Shown piece after piece: positions 37,395 through 50,596 of a DNA stretch of 64,000 nucleotides. The translations under genes were made by a program, and so were the position numbers. Origin of the DNA: Ophelia neglecta. Its lineage: Eukaryota. The notes beneath the pieces were generated by a model. It saw only the letters and a program-made list of their open reading frames with translations, had not been told where the DNA came from and ran no database searches. The stretch lies in the NCBI GenBank assembly GCA_965285935.1, contig OZ260665.1, positions 25,296,001 to 25,360,000 of the forward strand. The letters are read 5' to 3'. Each line of letters opens with the position of its first letter. The stretch's first letter is position 1.

Positions 37395-40300
37395 TAATGA
37401 TAGATTGTTAATCTCCCCCCCCCCCCCTCCTCCACCTCCCCAGAACCGCGTGTTAGTTACTGATCGTCTTATTTGATACCCAGCCAGTTTACAGTATCTA
37501 CCCACATTCACGTTCTAAGTCAATATAACCGCTAATAAATACTAACGCACCTCCCACCATCCGGGACATTCGGGGCATTGAGCACAAGTATAACTCAAGC
37601 TCAGTGATCTAATAAACCCGATGGGGTTAACAGGTGATTTATCTCGGAGGAAGCGATCAATAGCGCGAGCAATCGATTAGACAGACAGCGGTGTCAAACG
37701 CGAGAAATAACGGCCTATCATTTGTAATAATCAAGTTAAGAAGGTCTAGGTCATTGCTTACAGGCAGTTTTTTAAGCAGTTTTTCCCCGCCATAGCGTGC
37801 TTTATATTGACCCGTTGTCTATACCTTTCTTATGCTTTTACTTGTACATAATCACTGTACACTAAATTACAGACTAACCTGGCTCCTCGAAGGCAAACCC
37901 TTTCCACTCTCACGACTATCTGACTTATCTCCCAAGGCAGCTCAAATCAGTAAGAGAACGGGCTACTTAAAACTAATTTAGCAGCATAAATTTATATAAT
38001 AGTACTAAACACCATTACTCGTAGGGCGAGTCAAACTAAAAGCACTCCCAGGGCGTAAATTTTAAAAACCGAAGTGAATTAGCACAATTGCGATTTAAAA
38101 GGATCTTATCTTTGTTGTTTTTTTGACTAGGATGCCTACAGATCATAATTATAACAGTAATCTGAATGTCTATTGAGTAGGAGTGTGGGTTACATTTTAT
38201 AGTGCTCTGACTTCTCTTTTGATGGAGATCAGTTGATTGGTCATGAAGCTTTCTCATGTTAACGGTCAGGGCTTGTACTTCACAAATCACGGAACACCAC
38301 TGGATAAACATACGACTGTCCATAGCTCAAGCTCTAGCTCAGGCAGAGGCTGCACTCCTAGCATTCGTTTGTCAGTATAAATGATATATAAATATTATTG
38401 GCATTAGCTCCATTCGTAATAAATGGTCGTTTCATTTTTCATCCATTATTGACCTTTGAAGCATAAATGGCATTTTGTGTTCAATTTAGAATCTCCGTTA
38501 TTTTCTGGATGTCCAAGAGCGCACTAAATGGAATTAACATTTGCCTTAGAATGATCAGAAATTAAAAATGACATGTTGCATTTATTTACCAGGTTTATAG
38601 TATACAGATTTGACTTATATTAGTAGATGTATAATGTGTATTATAAGTATGTGTGCATTGTGTTGGGTATTTGTTCAGATTAAACTTTTTTAAAACTCTC
38701 AGCGAAAAGGAAAGAAATAGCTAATGGCCTATGATAATCCCCAAGGTGAACTCTTATTCCTTCAATAAGGGCTTTGAGTGCGCAAGATTGTCTGTTCCAA
38801 TTCTGAAAAGGCTGGCTTTGCGTCTGAGTGAATCCGTGGGCCGATGTCAGACTCCTCGTCCGTCTTTCTGACTACATCCGACTTCCCTCGTAGGAGCACT
38901 TAGTCGGGTCCTGAGAGGTGGTTCGAGGGCACCACTTACTGATATAAAAAAAACTACTTTCCGGGGTCAAGGCCATTTCCAATGAAAAGATTCGATTGGT
39001 AAATCGCGTGATGGCAAAGGGCACAGTAGGCTCAGACTTTTTCGTCAATGAGCTGAGATTACAGACAAACATCGCCCACTGGCCCGTAGGATCGTGTCAG
39101 AGGGGGACTATTCGTACTGCCGGTCTGCAAAAAATGATCAGGTACCTATCAGACAGACACTTAATATGGTTAGCAATTCTCGGAACATGTACAAAAGGTT
39201 ATTTTTTATGGATTGTAGTTCTGGGCGTCGGCTTTTTGAGGTGTTCCTTTGTGATAATAAATGATTATTTTATACTTCCTTTTTAGATAGCTTTTTATTT
39301 CTATCAGCTGACACAGATTCACCTACCCAATGAATATGCATGCTGCCGCAGACTGATCTAGCCGTGCCCTGATCTGAGATGTGTTTGAGCATGGAGACAG
39401 CGCGGTGCCGACTCGATGGTGTGCATCCATAAAGACCAGTCTCTTGAGAATCCATTAGCCCCGGACATGGTGGCGTGTGCATGCCAGCAGGTAGCCTTAC
39501 GAATCAAATGGTTGGGAATGTATGTGTGGGTCCGGGTGTTTGATAATGAATAGACGTGACAAACTAAAAAGTAGGAGACTGGATTTGCAGAAGCGGTATT
39601 GACAATCAGGTATCTTTAATTGGACTACTGCTTGGTAGAGTTAGCATATACATGCATAGCTCACAGTACAAATGAGCAATTTGCAACAGGAACTCATTAT
39701 ATATATATATTTATATTACTTTGATTATTTAAATATATATAGGCTACAGATAACATTTTATTCATTATATTCAAGATCTATTTATGTACGTTGCCCCCTC
39801 AACCCCATTAGGGACGAACCATTAACCAACTGTGCGATGGGTTGGGAGGGGCGGATGGGGGGGGGGGTGCGGTTTATAGATTTTAGGGCGAAAAATTGGG
39901 TTCTTGGTGATAAGAAAAGTTGGTCACTCCGGTCTAAGGCGTTCTGTCCAATGTTTTTTTGCCATAAAGGCAGATCTGGGCCACTGGCGACAGAAGATAA
40001 TTGGCCGCCAAAGGTTCTGGATGCCAATGAACAAAATAGAAACAAAAATTATAAGGAGACACCACACTTGGGTTTATAAAATTCGTTAAGTATATGTGTT
40101 ATATATGTGATTTAATAAAGATACAAGAATGCAATCCGACTTTTTCCGAACAATAATTAACACGAGAAACAATCTGAAAAACGATGGATTTATACGCAGG
40201 CAGGTTGTCCTGGTTTGTGTTATAAAACCTGTCGTTTGCACATTGAGTCCTAAGTAATAATGAAGCTCAAAAACAAAGAGCCTATTGACATTTTATGGTA

Positions 40301-40479
40301 GTTTTGTAATAATAAACCTAATGGTTGTCTTTTGCATAAATATCATATTGGTTGATCAAAAGGTAGATTTGTGTTTTCCTTTTCAGCTAAATGTAGTTCA
40401 ATGAATTAGAAGTGGAAGAGCGATAATATGGAGAGGATATATTCTACTGCATTACCGGGATTCATCAATCGTCGTGTTG

Positions 40480-40687
40480 AATCTCATCCGTGATTTCCTT
40501 CGGTTTTCCCAAGACGAGTAGAGTCCTCTTCATGTCCGGATGTCCCTCACTGCCGTCTTTTGGTTTGACATCTGTCCTCGTCATGATCACTGAGATCTTT
40601 CCGGTCTTCATTAGTGGTCATATGCACGGAACATCACACGTCGGCGGTCGTCTGTCCTCAGATGTGTGTTGTAATTGGACTGATTAG
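40480..40687 (+). pseudogene. Decayed third copy of the small two-TM protein gene
   Basis: FGLTSVLVMITEIFPVFISGHMHGTSHVGGRLSSDVCCNWTD aligns without gaps to FGLTSFLAVITGIVSIFIECRLQEKSHFCRRIYFIVCCLCVD. The upstream part is frameshifted, conserved Cys residues are lost and there is an early stop. Acceptor-like site at 40386. Confidence 0.75.
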
Positions 40688-41242
40688 TACCGCATTTATA
40701 ACGCTCTGTTTTAAACAGCACATCCTGGCACCAAACGCAGACATTTCGTTGAAGGCGTTTTGTTTGCCGTAAGCATCATGTTCATTATAAAATCCTAGTA
40801 AAATAATCGACCTGGCTTTCTATATGACACTACTTGCAATAAAACATATATATGTACATGTATGTATATAGTATAGACTTGTCATTATATTTAATATTTC
40901 ACTGTGCGCATTTTTTAAATAAGTTCACTATAACGCGGCTTGAATTGAACACACTTTTAGACACGGAATTCTCACTTACTGCAGATAATAAGTATATTGT
41001 AATGCTTTGGGTTATCTTCTGTTAAGCCTTTATTACCTGGATGTATAAATAACTCGCTACAACTGACCATTTATTCTGCGTTACCACGGTTAACGTCAAC
41101 TTTATGAATTAAACTAACACTACTTTAACTAGAGGGCAGAGTAGAACCAGTGTGTAATGCGCTCTGGGAGAGTCTCAGATGGATTATAATCAAACATAAA
41201 TAACAGTAGAGTACTGCTTGTAATATTTCTCCAAAGCAGTTA

Positions 41243-41989
41243 TGCTGCTCGCACACAGTGGCGAATATGGTGGCCAGTGGGCTTACGAATGCAATTCGCC
41301 ACACATTCGCAATGATGGTAAGGTGATGGCCCGACATTCGTGGGTGTTCGTGAACATTCGTGAGCATTCGTGGGGTGATGCGAATGTTAGAAACATGCTC
41401 CTAAAATTCGACAGGGAAGCATATATTCATTGCTTTCGCAACATTTTTATTTCCAATCGCAAGCTTTATTGCTGGCAAGGCATGTGTAGTGATCGTGAGA
41501 CAATTGTAGTATCGTAAAAAGACGTCTGTAAGCATTTGCCAGTTGGAGAAGTGGGGGAGCGAGATGAGTCTAACTGACTTCGTGACGTGTTGTAAAGCCT
41601 GTGAGCCCACCTTCCCCTGCCGGGTCTGCCTGGCATCGCTGGCAGCCTTGACAGACCTGGCCTTGGCCTACTTTCCAGTGGACGTTTTTATCTAGGCTTT
41701 AAGCGGTCGTCTTGGTCTGGTCAATGGATGCCTCAGCCTTCTTGGTCTGGTCTTCATTTGCTGCTGCGTCATTGGAAGCAGGGTCTTGGTCTTCAGGAGG
41801 ATGGTCAAATTGCCCCTCGCCCTGTGTCTGCTGCCACAGTCCCTTTGCAGCCCCTAGGCATGATAAAAGATGATCAAATATTTCTGACTATAAAAAATGT
41901 TGACTCGGCGACGGCTGCTGAAATAAGCGACATAGCATATCAATAGCAAAGGGAAAATTTTTCATATTCGCCACTGTGTGTGAGCACCA
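41243..41989. mobile_element. Non-autonomous DNA transposon, PIF/Harbinger-like
   Basis: TIRs TGCTGCTCGCACACAGTGGCGAATATG / CATATTCGCCACTGTGTGTGAGCACCA, flanked by TTA and TAA. Subterminal CATTCG/CGAAT repeats. Confidence 0.8.
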
Positions 41990-44900
41990 TAATTATAGGT
42001 ATTTAGTATGCCATCAACAGTTAGATTGTTCAGATTTATATTTGAAATAGAATAAAATGTACTACACTACTATGCATGGGTTTGAAATAAGGCTTATGGG
42101 TAAGCAAATACCATTGAGATTAACATCGCTCAAGTGATTGGTATTACTAGTGTGATTTCATATTTCTGGCCAGTCTTTTTTAAAGAGTTTTCTTACATTG
42201 AGCCTCTGATCAAACTTTCGTGACCTATTGTGTATCAACTACTCGGCAGCCAGTAGAAAGCATTTTATACAAACATTATCTGATTAATCTAAGGAGATTA
42301 GGACTAACTCTTTGATCTGAAAAGTGATTGACAGGACGAAATATCGATCGCGGAAGGCGCAGCGGTCCAACTCAGGTATCAAGTGCTCAACGAACATCCG
42401 TTTGGTTTTTATGGCCGTCACATTAAGATGATTTATGACGATGGTTTAATCTTTTAACACAACATACCACTGTCGTTGGCCCTTTTTGCAGTAAATGTAA
42501 TTTTCGGCCTTTATCAGCTTTTTATTTTTTTTAATATTTCAAATAACATTAATGTATTAGTGGATCTAGGATTTGTTGACGTCATAAACTCGCCACTCAT
42601 ATTGGCATTGATATAACGGGGAATTAACCACCGGCAATCTGCCATTGACAGATTGTTTGAAATGTTTTTTGTAGCATTCAAGTGGTTATGTATGGAAAGG
42701 ATAAATATCATTCATTTTTCTTATCCTGCTAAAGATGTGAGAGCTTTATGAATCCTAGCCTCTCCAATGACTTATTTCTTTGTCCATCGTTCAGCAACTC
42801 GTGATTTGAGTCGCATCGCGGAAAACTATTACCTCTCATCGCAGATGAACTTTCAAAGTTTTCTGTCTATTCTGTTTAATTTGCAAGTGTTTTCATTAAG
42901 CAATATTTTTTTATACATCATCAGTTACTGGGGATTTTGAATTCTTTAAATGTTTATAATCGACTAATTAATAAATTCTGTCCGCCGAGTATTCGTGTTC
43001 ATGTGCAGGCACAGGTCTATATTGACTGAAACTTCAGCACAGTGAAAGAAGAAGCATCTTAGTTCACTGTTGTGTTAGGCAATTGTTGGTTCAATGTTCT
43101 GTTGAAGTAAAGAGAGAGATTATTTATATCCAAACACCTAACAGAATATTGGTTTTAAAATTATATTAAAGAAATCTGGGCCAGCGTCGAAAGAAATCTG
43201 GGAAATAGCTGCATAGAAAGAACATAATTGAAACAAGCTAGCATTATTTACCAATTCTTCTCTTTTGCCAAGGGCAAGCTGAAAGCTCTATAATTTGATT
43301 CCTGAAAGGAGGATTCTGCAAAATCTCATCTAGTGTTCATTAGGATGGTTTGACTGGGAGAGCGACTAAACATTGCCAGGAACATTTGTCTGACCGGCAC
43401 TCGGCTATGATAAACCGAAATGGAGCTTTTACAAGCTGTATAAATAAGCAAGACTAAGCAAGTGATTACGGGCAGAGAAACTTATTAGAGCGAAGGCGTC
43501 GTCTGCTGCTACTTGCCGTCTGTCTTCGTCAAGATAGCAGACGACTGTCCCACAAGGACATCACCAAATTCAGACCAACAAAGAGGGTTGTCAGGCCTAA
43601 GGGAGAGTGCTGCTATTGTTTAGCAAGTCTGGAATGTTCTCTATTTTACATCGCCCACTTGAAAATTGACGAAATTGATATTGTGGTGCGATGTCGCAGA
43701 ATGATGGTCCGAGGTCAGCACCTCTATTCATCAGCTCGGCGCATTTGCTGTCAATCATATTCCAACGTGAAGAAAAATTAATGTACATATTTAAGAAATC
43801 GCTCACGAACTTTAGACCATATTGGTGTTGTACTTATTTGCTCAGGCACACACCATAAAGTTTCTTTGAAAGATAATCTGTATTTGGTGATCAGAAATGC
43901 TTTCATGACTAGTCTGAGGATTTTTCTATGAATATTATTCATTTTAATAATGAAGCATATGCATTTGAAGAAAATGGGCATCTCAGTTCATGCTAGGCCG
44001 GCAATAGAAAACAAAGGATCCACTGGAGCTAGGGCTTTATAAAAAAAACGTTAAAAAAATGTCAAGACAAGGGGAACGTTTGCTTAAAGCAGGAAATACT
44101 CGACATTATACAGAATTATTTTTTATACTTTAGACATACTGACAATATCTATTTTATGATAATATTTGCTGTAGGCCTATAGCGCAACAATATTGAAACT
44201 CTATACCCGTTGTTCTTTGCATGCATAGCATTGACAGGAATAGGAAATTTGTGTCTTTTGGAAGTAACTCGAATAGTTGGCTGAGGGAGTAAACCCTTAT
44301 GATAACTTATGCTGCGCAAACACGGTGCTGTGCAAATGCGCCAGCCTCCAGCGCAAATATTTGTCTTGCAATTCACCGAGATGGCGGATGGTGTTTCGAT
44401 TGTTTTAAGTGTGCCCGTTCCATTCTATTTGGTCTTACCAACGAGAGAAGTATCTATGATTTGTGTTTTTTTTTTTCTAGAAACGTTGTCTCCTATTATG
44501 TCTTAAGTACAACTATTGACCTTTTCTGACCTTTTCAGTAATTGTGGGCATCCAGCGATAACGATTAATAATACTCGCGTTCCGTTATTATCAACTTGTT
44601 TTGTACAAAAAAAAATGAATGGTAAAATACAATGATTTAATCACTAGACCAAATCCTGAATGAAATCCGTAAATAATGCTTACACCATCACATCTCTATT
44701 AACCATAGCGGATGCAGGCTTTACGTACTTCATAGAAGAGGCTTGTCAATCCAGGATGGTGAAGAAAGAGTGAGTGAGCAATGCATACACTCAAACCATT
44801 TGACAATAGGGTCAGTCGGGGATGATGGAATAATTTTAGTTCAGCCTGCTAGCAAGGAGGTGACAGCACTGCATACCAATAGTCTGCACTTGAATGTGGG

Positions 44901-45349
44901 GCTAGACTACAGATTTGCAGCGGTCCCATGTTCATTGCGAAACCTATAGCTATCACACAAATGTGAAATTTACCTGAATGGAAAGCCCTCTAAAATGTTA
45001 ATCATCCCTGAAAGGTTTGTTTTGATTACTTCATCAAGCACTAAGTAAGGGCTTTTAAAACATCATTCCCATGTTAAATTCCCATATGAACAGCTGAAAG
45101 TAGCCCCACTTATCCCAGCCTTACCACTGCCTTTTAATTGCAATCAGCTTTGGAGGTAAGAAAAGTGGTTGTTGGTCAGCAGTATGAAACATCTCCGACT
45201 GGCCCTATTGATGCAAAATGAACGCCATTGTTGGAGCCGGTCTTCTTCAGATTGTTCCTCATGATTTCTAACCGACTTAATGGATTTTTCTTGATTAAAT
45301 ATTATTGTTTTTGTTTTTTCTGCCTGGGATCCACGCCCGTCACACACAT

Positions 45350-45443
45350 TACCGTTTTTCTAAAATAACTAATGGCGTCAAGCCGAGGTCAAACGCCTTA
45401 CAGTTTTTCTAAAGTAATTAATGGAGACAAGCCGAGGTCAAAG
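45350..45443. repeat. Imperfect tandem repeat of about 50 bp
   Basis: GTTTTTCTAAA.TAA.TAATGG.G.CAAGCCGAGGTCAAA occurs twice. Confidence 0.6.
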
Positions 45444-46029
45444 GTCTTACCCCAACATTTCATTGCAATAAATGGGATAAGGACTATATAATTAATTATA
45501 TCTGGAAGGGAGATGAAACATTCCCTCGTTGCTTGAATGTGTTGAAGTGGATGTTTTCATGTTCAAAGCCAGTTTCTTAATTATATTTAGCCAAGGGGTA
45601 TCTTTTAAGTTCAGAATTAACCATTATCTCGTTTAGAAATGTTTATGCCCTGATTTATATCGTATATATTCAGCAATCGCTTTACAAAATATCGATATCC
45701 CATCGATGGACCATATATTGAAAAGTGAATTGTAAAATGCTTCTTGTTGTCCTAACGTTACATTCAGTATCAGTATTGGGAATAGCCTGATTTCTAAAGT
45801 GTCGGGTAACCAACTGCTTTCTCACTTCTATTATATTCTTTATCGGCTTCGTTGTCTATTTCGTGTCAATTAATGGTTTCTGATGATTTCCAGAAAATAC
45901 ACTAATCTATAGGGATAACTTTTAGGGTTTAAAGTGAAATATGACAAATGTACAAATCGAGACCCACAATATTTGATCTTTAAGATACTCCGTGTTGCCA
46001 CAGAGAGGAGGACTAAGTAGAATAGACTA

Positions 46030-46208
46030 CAGTGAAACCTGCCTTAAAGACCACCTCTGTAATCAGACCACCTGGCATTTCAGACCGCTTATACTAAGGC
46101 CCGTGCTGTAAACTTTCAATGTTAAATAACCTGTCTAAAAACACCTCCGACGAAATCAGACCAGTACTTTCCAGTCCTTTTGGTGGTCTTAATTCACAGG
46201 TTTCACTG
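46030..46208. mobile_element. Tc1/mariner (pogo/Tigger-like) MITE, TA TSD
   Basis: TA|CAGTGAAACCTG...CAGGTTTCACTG|TA, with internal AGACCAC repeats. Confidence 0.85.
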
Positions 46209-48906
46209 TATTAGGTATAGTCAAAGTGTTTCTGTCAGTGGCATCATCATTGTATCAAAGGCATTCATCTTCGCCCAGTATCAGATTACATGGCCTACGC
46301 GATAGACATGTTTTATTCGACATATTCAAAACGAGAGCCATTTTTTTATGAAATGAGGTAACCAGAAAATCCTTACTAGAACTTCATGAGTCTGCGAAGA
46401 GCTAATGATTGCTCGAGTATAAATGCTATGACTGATAAACCCTCTCAAATGATTCCGGCGTTAGGTTTTCAACTGCCGCATCGAATCGGCCGGAAAAGTC
46501 TGATCGAGTGCACTTGGTGCGTCGCGGCTATTCAAGGCCACATAATACATTACGTATGGGCGAGGGCGTCCTCAGCGGATAGGGCTCAGCATCTGTCTTC
46601 GTCACTGGAACAGACGATCTTTCCAGAATTCTCCTGACCATCACGTGGCTGAATTACAGCACTAGGTTGGCTGTCATATGCCAACACTGGGACGTATGCT
46701 TTAGTTGCAACAAGACAGGCTCCTATCATTGCAGTGACGAAACCGTTCGGTGTGAATTAAAATCGTTTGTGTTGACAAGAGATATGAAAGAAAGACAATG
46801 CATAAACCCATTTGCGATTAAGCTGCAGTTAATTGGGGACTAATTCGGACTACTATTTCAAGGTAAATGGAATTCAGGGAGTACCATTTTTTCAGGCAGC
46901 AACACTACCAGTAGCAACGAGACGGCCTTGACCAATCATCGCTACGCACCCAATCTCGACATTTTTTAGCAATGTGTGCTTCAGCATGTGTCTGTCTATC
47001 GTAAGTTGTGTAGGGACGTCCGGTTGATTTGAAGAGAAAGATTTGGTTTTATCATATTGCTGCTACGGTATGACTTTGAAAAATTTATGTGACTATGACA
47101 CAACATGATTTTTGATTATGTCATTTTAAATACTTCCCCCCATTTCGTTCGGCCGATTAAATTAGCTTGTATAACGTGCTTATTCATTCTCATCAAACGT
47201 CTATGTGCAGTTGACATATAGCGAGCGAGAAGGAAATGATATTAATGTATATTTAAAATACAGATGGGTTGTAGATTCATGACTGATTGTTTGGCAGAAG
47301 GATTGCTTTCTGAAAGGATACCTGGTAGGTTCTCAATTTGTCTAAAACCACCCTGAACGTTCATTTCATTCCTCTTAATCTCCTGTTCATTGCGTCATAT
47401 ATACGTCTCCTTACCGATACCATTTGGATGTCCTGTTCGTCATTCACACTCTGTATGATATGAGAAGACGAACTTACTCCGACTCGTCAATGAAACAAGT
47501 CCACTTTCAAACATACAAAGCAGGGGTTTAAAAAATTCCACAGCCGAAAAACAAACCAACGTATGGCTTTCAGCTGACTCGTTCTTTATTTCTTGATAAA
47601 AGTGTGCTGTTCAAGAATTCAACACAGTTCAAGAAATATTCAATTAGTTTGTGTATCCAAATGTTTCTGTATATCTTGGCAATACAATAATGTTTAATGA
47701 GTTTTGCATTTTTAATGGACTCCTGGTCAACCTGGTTCACTTATATGTTTATATTTTTTCGAAGCTAAACGGTCAGGAAATAAGTTTCTATTTAAATGAA
47801 ACAAATATTAGTAAACGATGGTAAACTGTTGATTTCTTCTCTGATTGCAAATTTTAATTTTTGTAATTCCATTACAAGCTTCTTTATTGTTTGGAAGCTG
47901 GAGAATGATGTATTTGACTGTTCTTGAAGATTTCGCACATATCATGATGTTTATTTATAATTCTGATTTAACTTGTCTGCCTGGTATTCACTTCCGATTT
48001 CTTACTAGTTCCTATCATACACCAATCGTGAGAACATAACGTCGTATTCAATGTTTCTGACTATTTGACTAAGTGCACATAAATGTCCTGCCTACTTATA
48101 GGACTGTACACTTTGTGCAAGGGTAAACGTCCAAGCGTGCTTCATATTATTTACTTGTATATATATTTAATGCACATCCGACATCTTACCTGAAAGGAAG
48201 ACCACCTCATTACATCATTGTCATATCTGTGTCCATTTCATTGAGCCCAGTATGACATCGCCATATCAAAATGTTTATCAGGCAACTGGAATCTCCAAGA
48301 CAATCGAGACAAATAGGTTGTCGTCATTCCAATCCTTTCGTGACGCCATATGGGTCATAGCGATACAGTTAAATTGGCATTTTCCCCTCCATGTTGTTTT
48401 AAAGGAAACTACTGCCATTTTGATTGCATATTAAAGGTGACCATTTTGATCATTTTTATCACAATCCCATATTAGCAGAGACAACTATGCCAGTGTCTTC
48501 TCATGTCATTCTTGAAGGGGCATAGGCCTATAGGTCTTGTCACCCCCATTCGTCCCATTCGCAGAGACTGTGTTATTGTCCTTCCTCTCTTATGATGTAA
48601 AGTTTAACTTATTTTGGTTTAACTTGGTCTACCTAGCTAGCAACATGTTATGGTAGTCATTCAATCAAAATTCATAATGTATTGATTGTGACAGCAATCT
48701 AATTTACATAATCATTTTGGATCTACAGGTCCCAAATAGAGCATGTAGCTGACAGAAGACGAACGGATATAAATATGGAACATCGATACGTAAAGGGATT
48801 TGTCTGTGTCTTTTTTAAAGCGGTCTACATGCATGCGGAGTAAGACATTATTTAACTGAAATCAAATATTGGAGCGCCGTGTACAGATTGTGGTCTTCTA
48901 GGAGGT

Positions 48907-49401
48907 ATGATTAAAGGCGAGCGCGCGGTTGCCTATGACGACGATGGTGAATTTGACCCCAATCAGGGTCAATGCTGTTTGCGGGCTTCTCATTTCACAG
49001 CCTCCTTTTTATTGTTGGCAATTTTGTCGGCTGTTATTTTCATCCTTTCCTTCCACGACGTATACTTGCACAATCTACGGACACCCGCCTCTGCCATTTT
49101 GGGTCTGACGTCATTCCTCGCCGTTGTCACCGGGCTTGTTTCAATCTTCATCGAATGTCGTCTGCAGGAAAAATCACATTTCTGTCGTCGCCTTTACTTG
49201 GTCATTTGTTGTCTCTGTATTGATGACATTGACAGGAAGGTTATGTGTGGACCCACTTCAACCCAAACCAAAACATCTCTCAATTTTCGGCAGATAAAAT
49301 ATAGATTTGTAGACATCCCGAAGGACTTTAATGGAATATATACAAACGGCACATTGCACGACATTGGCCAGGAGATAATTAGCACTACTACTGTAGTTTG
49401 A
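48907..49401 (+). CDS. Uncharacterised small Cys-rich two-TM membrane protein, 164 aa (paralog B)
   Basis: Intact ORF. Shares GQCCLRA, AILSAVI, NLRTPA, GLTSFLAV, VSIFIECRLQEKSHFCRR and CCLC with paralog A. Its tail is 45 aa longer and ends TVV. Acceptor-like site at 48728. Confidence 0.8.
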   Translation: MIKGERAVAYDDDGEFDPNQGQCCLRASHFTASFLLLAILSAVIFILSFHDVYLHNLRTPASAILGLTSFLAVVTGLVSIFIECRLQEKSHFCRRLYLVICCLCIDDIDRKVMCGPTSTQTKTSLNFRQIKYRFVDIPKDFNGIYTNGTLHDIGQEIISTTTVV

Positions 49402-49799
49402 CACGTGCAAGGAGCTGATTACATAGGTGGATGAATAACTTCTAGCATACAGGCAAGCTGGACGGGGCCTGCTCTATAGTCCTACAGCCCATTGGTCCTA
49501 CGACCCATTGGTCCTACGGCCCATTAGTCCTACGGCCCATTGGTCCTATTATCTCGGGCCCGGGTCCTACGACCCATTGGGCCTACAGCCCATTGGTCCT
49601 ACGACCCATTGGTCCTACTACTATACCTTTTAATTGGTATATATAGGGTAAAGTCGGGAAATTTCGCGCACTGCTGCGTAAAGTAACCCGACATTGCTCA
49701 ATAACTACGTGACACATGACTGCTGAGGACAGTCAGCGCTCTTTTGATTCAGATCTACGTACTAACTGTTGTTTTACAAATGTTAACATTCTGTTGAAC

Positions 49800-50258
49800 A
49801 ATGTAGATGAAATTAGTCTCTGAGTGTGAGATAACAACCTGCAGATTAATGATGAAAGAACATAACTGCGTGCTGGTGATTAGAACACCATATAATAAAC
49901 CAAATCAGCGTAAAAAAAATTGTTGACCGTGCTGAGGAACTTAAACAGAAATGGTCGTTCTGAAATTGAGGACAAATATCCGACCTAAACGTCAATACAC
50001 TACAAAACAGGCGGAAGCTTCATACCAAACAAGCATTACAATACCACATTTGGCTCTTAATGTAGATGAAATTAGTCTCTGAGTGTGAGATAACAACCTG
50101 CAGATTAATGATGAAAGAACATAACTGCGTGCTGGTGATCAGTACACCATATAATAAACCAAATCAGCGTAAAAAAAATTGTTGACCGTGCTGAGGAACT
50201 TAAACAGAAATGGTCGTTCTAAAATTGAGGACAAATATCCGACCTAAACGTCAATACA
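49800..50258. repeat. 200-bp direct repeat (49800-49999 and 50059-50258)
   Basis: Near-identical AATGTAGATGAAATTAGTCTC...CCTAAACGTCAATACA copies separated by about 59 bp. Confidence 0.9.
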
Positions 50259-50300
50259 AAATTAAATAATTTTCCTCTACATAAAAAGGTCCGAATTAAA

Positions 50301-50590
50301 CTAGATCTCTGGAACTGAGCTTTGCTCAGTTTCTAGGCTTCACCCTAATCGATTGGCTTATTTTCAACGTTAAGCTGATACAGGGCTGTTTTCAAATTTC
50401 AAAAGTAGGTTAAAGCCAAAATGTAGGTGACCAACGCTGATACAGAGCTTAAAATTTCAAAAGTAGGTCAAAGGTCAACATCTAGGTCACCAAAAGAATC
50501 CCCTCATTTGGTTTCCTATAGGTGTCTAATACATATATAGTTGATATCTTGCACCCTTAAGCTGATACAGGCCTTCAAATGTCAAAACAG
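50301..50590 (-). mobile_element. Helitron/Helentron-like fragment
   Basis: Minus-strand CTAG|TTT end, 8 nt from the perfect hairpin AACTGAGC-TTT-GCTCAGTT (50313-50331). Internal GCTGATACAG and AAAAGTAGGT repeats. Confidence 0.55.
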
Positions 50591-50596
50591 AATGAA

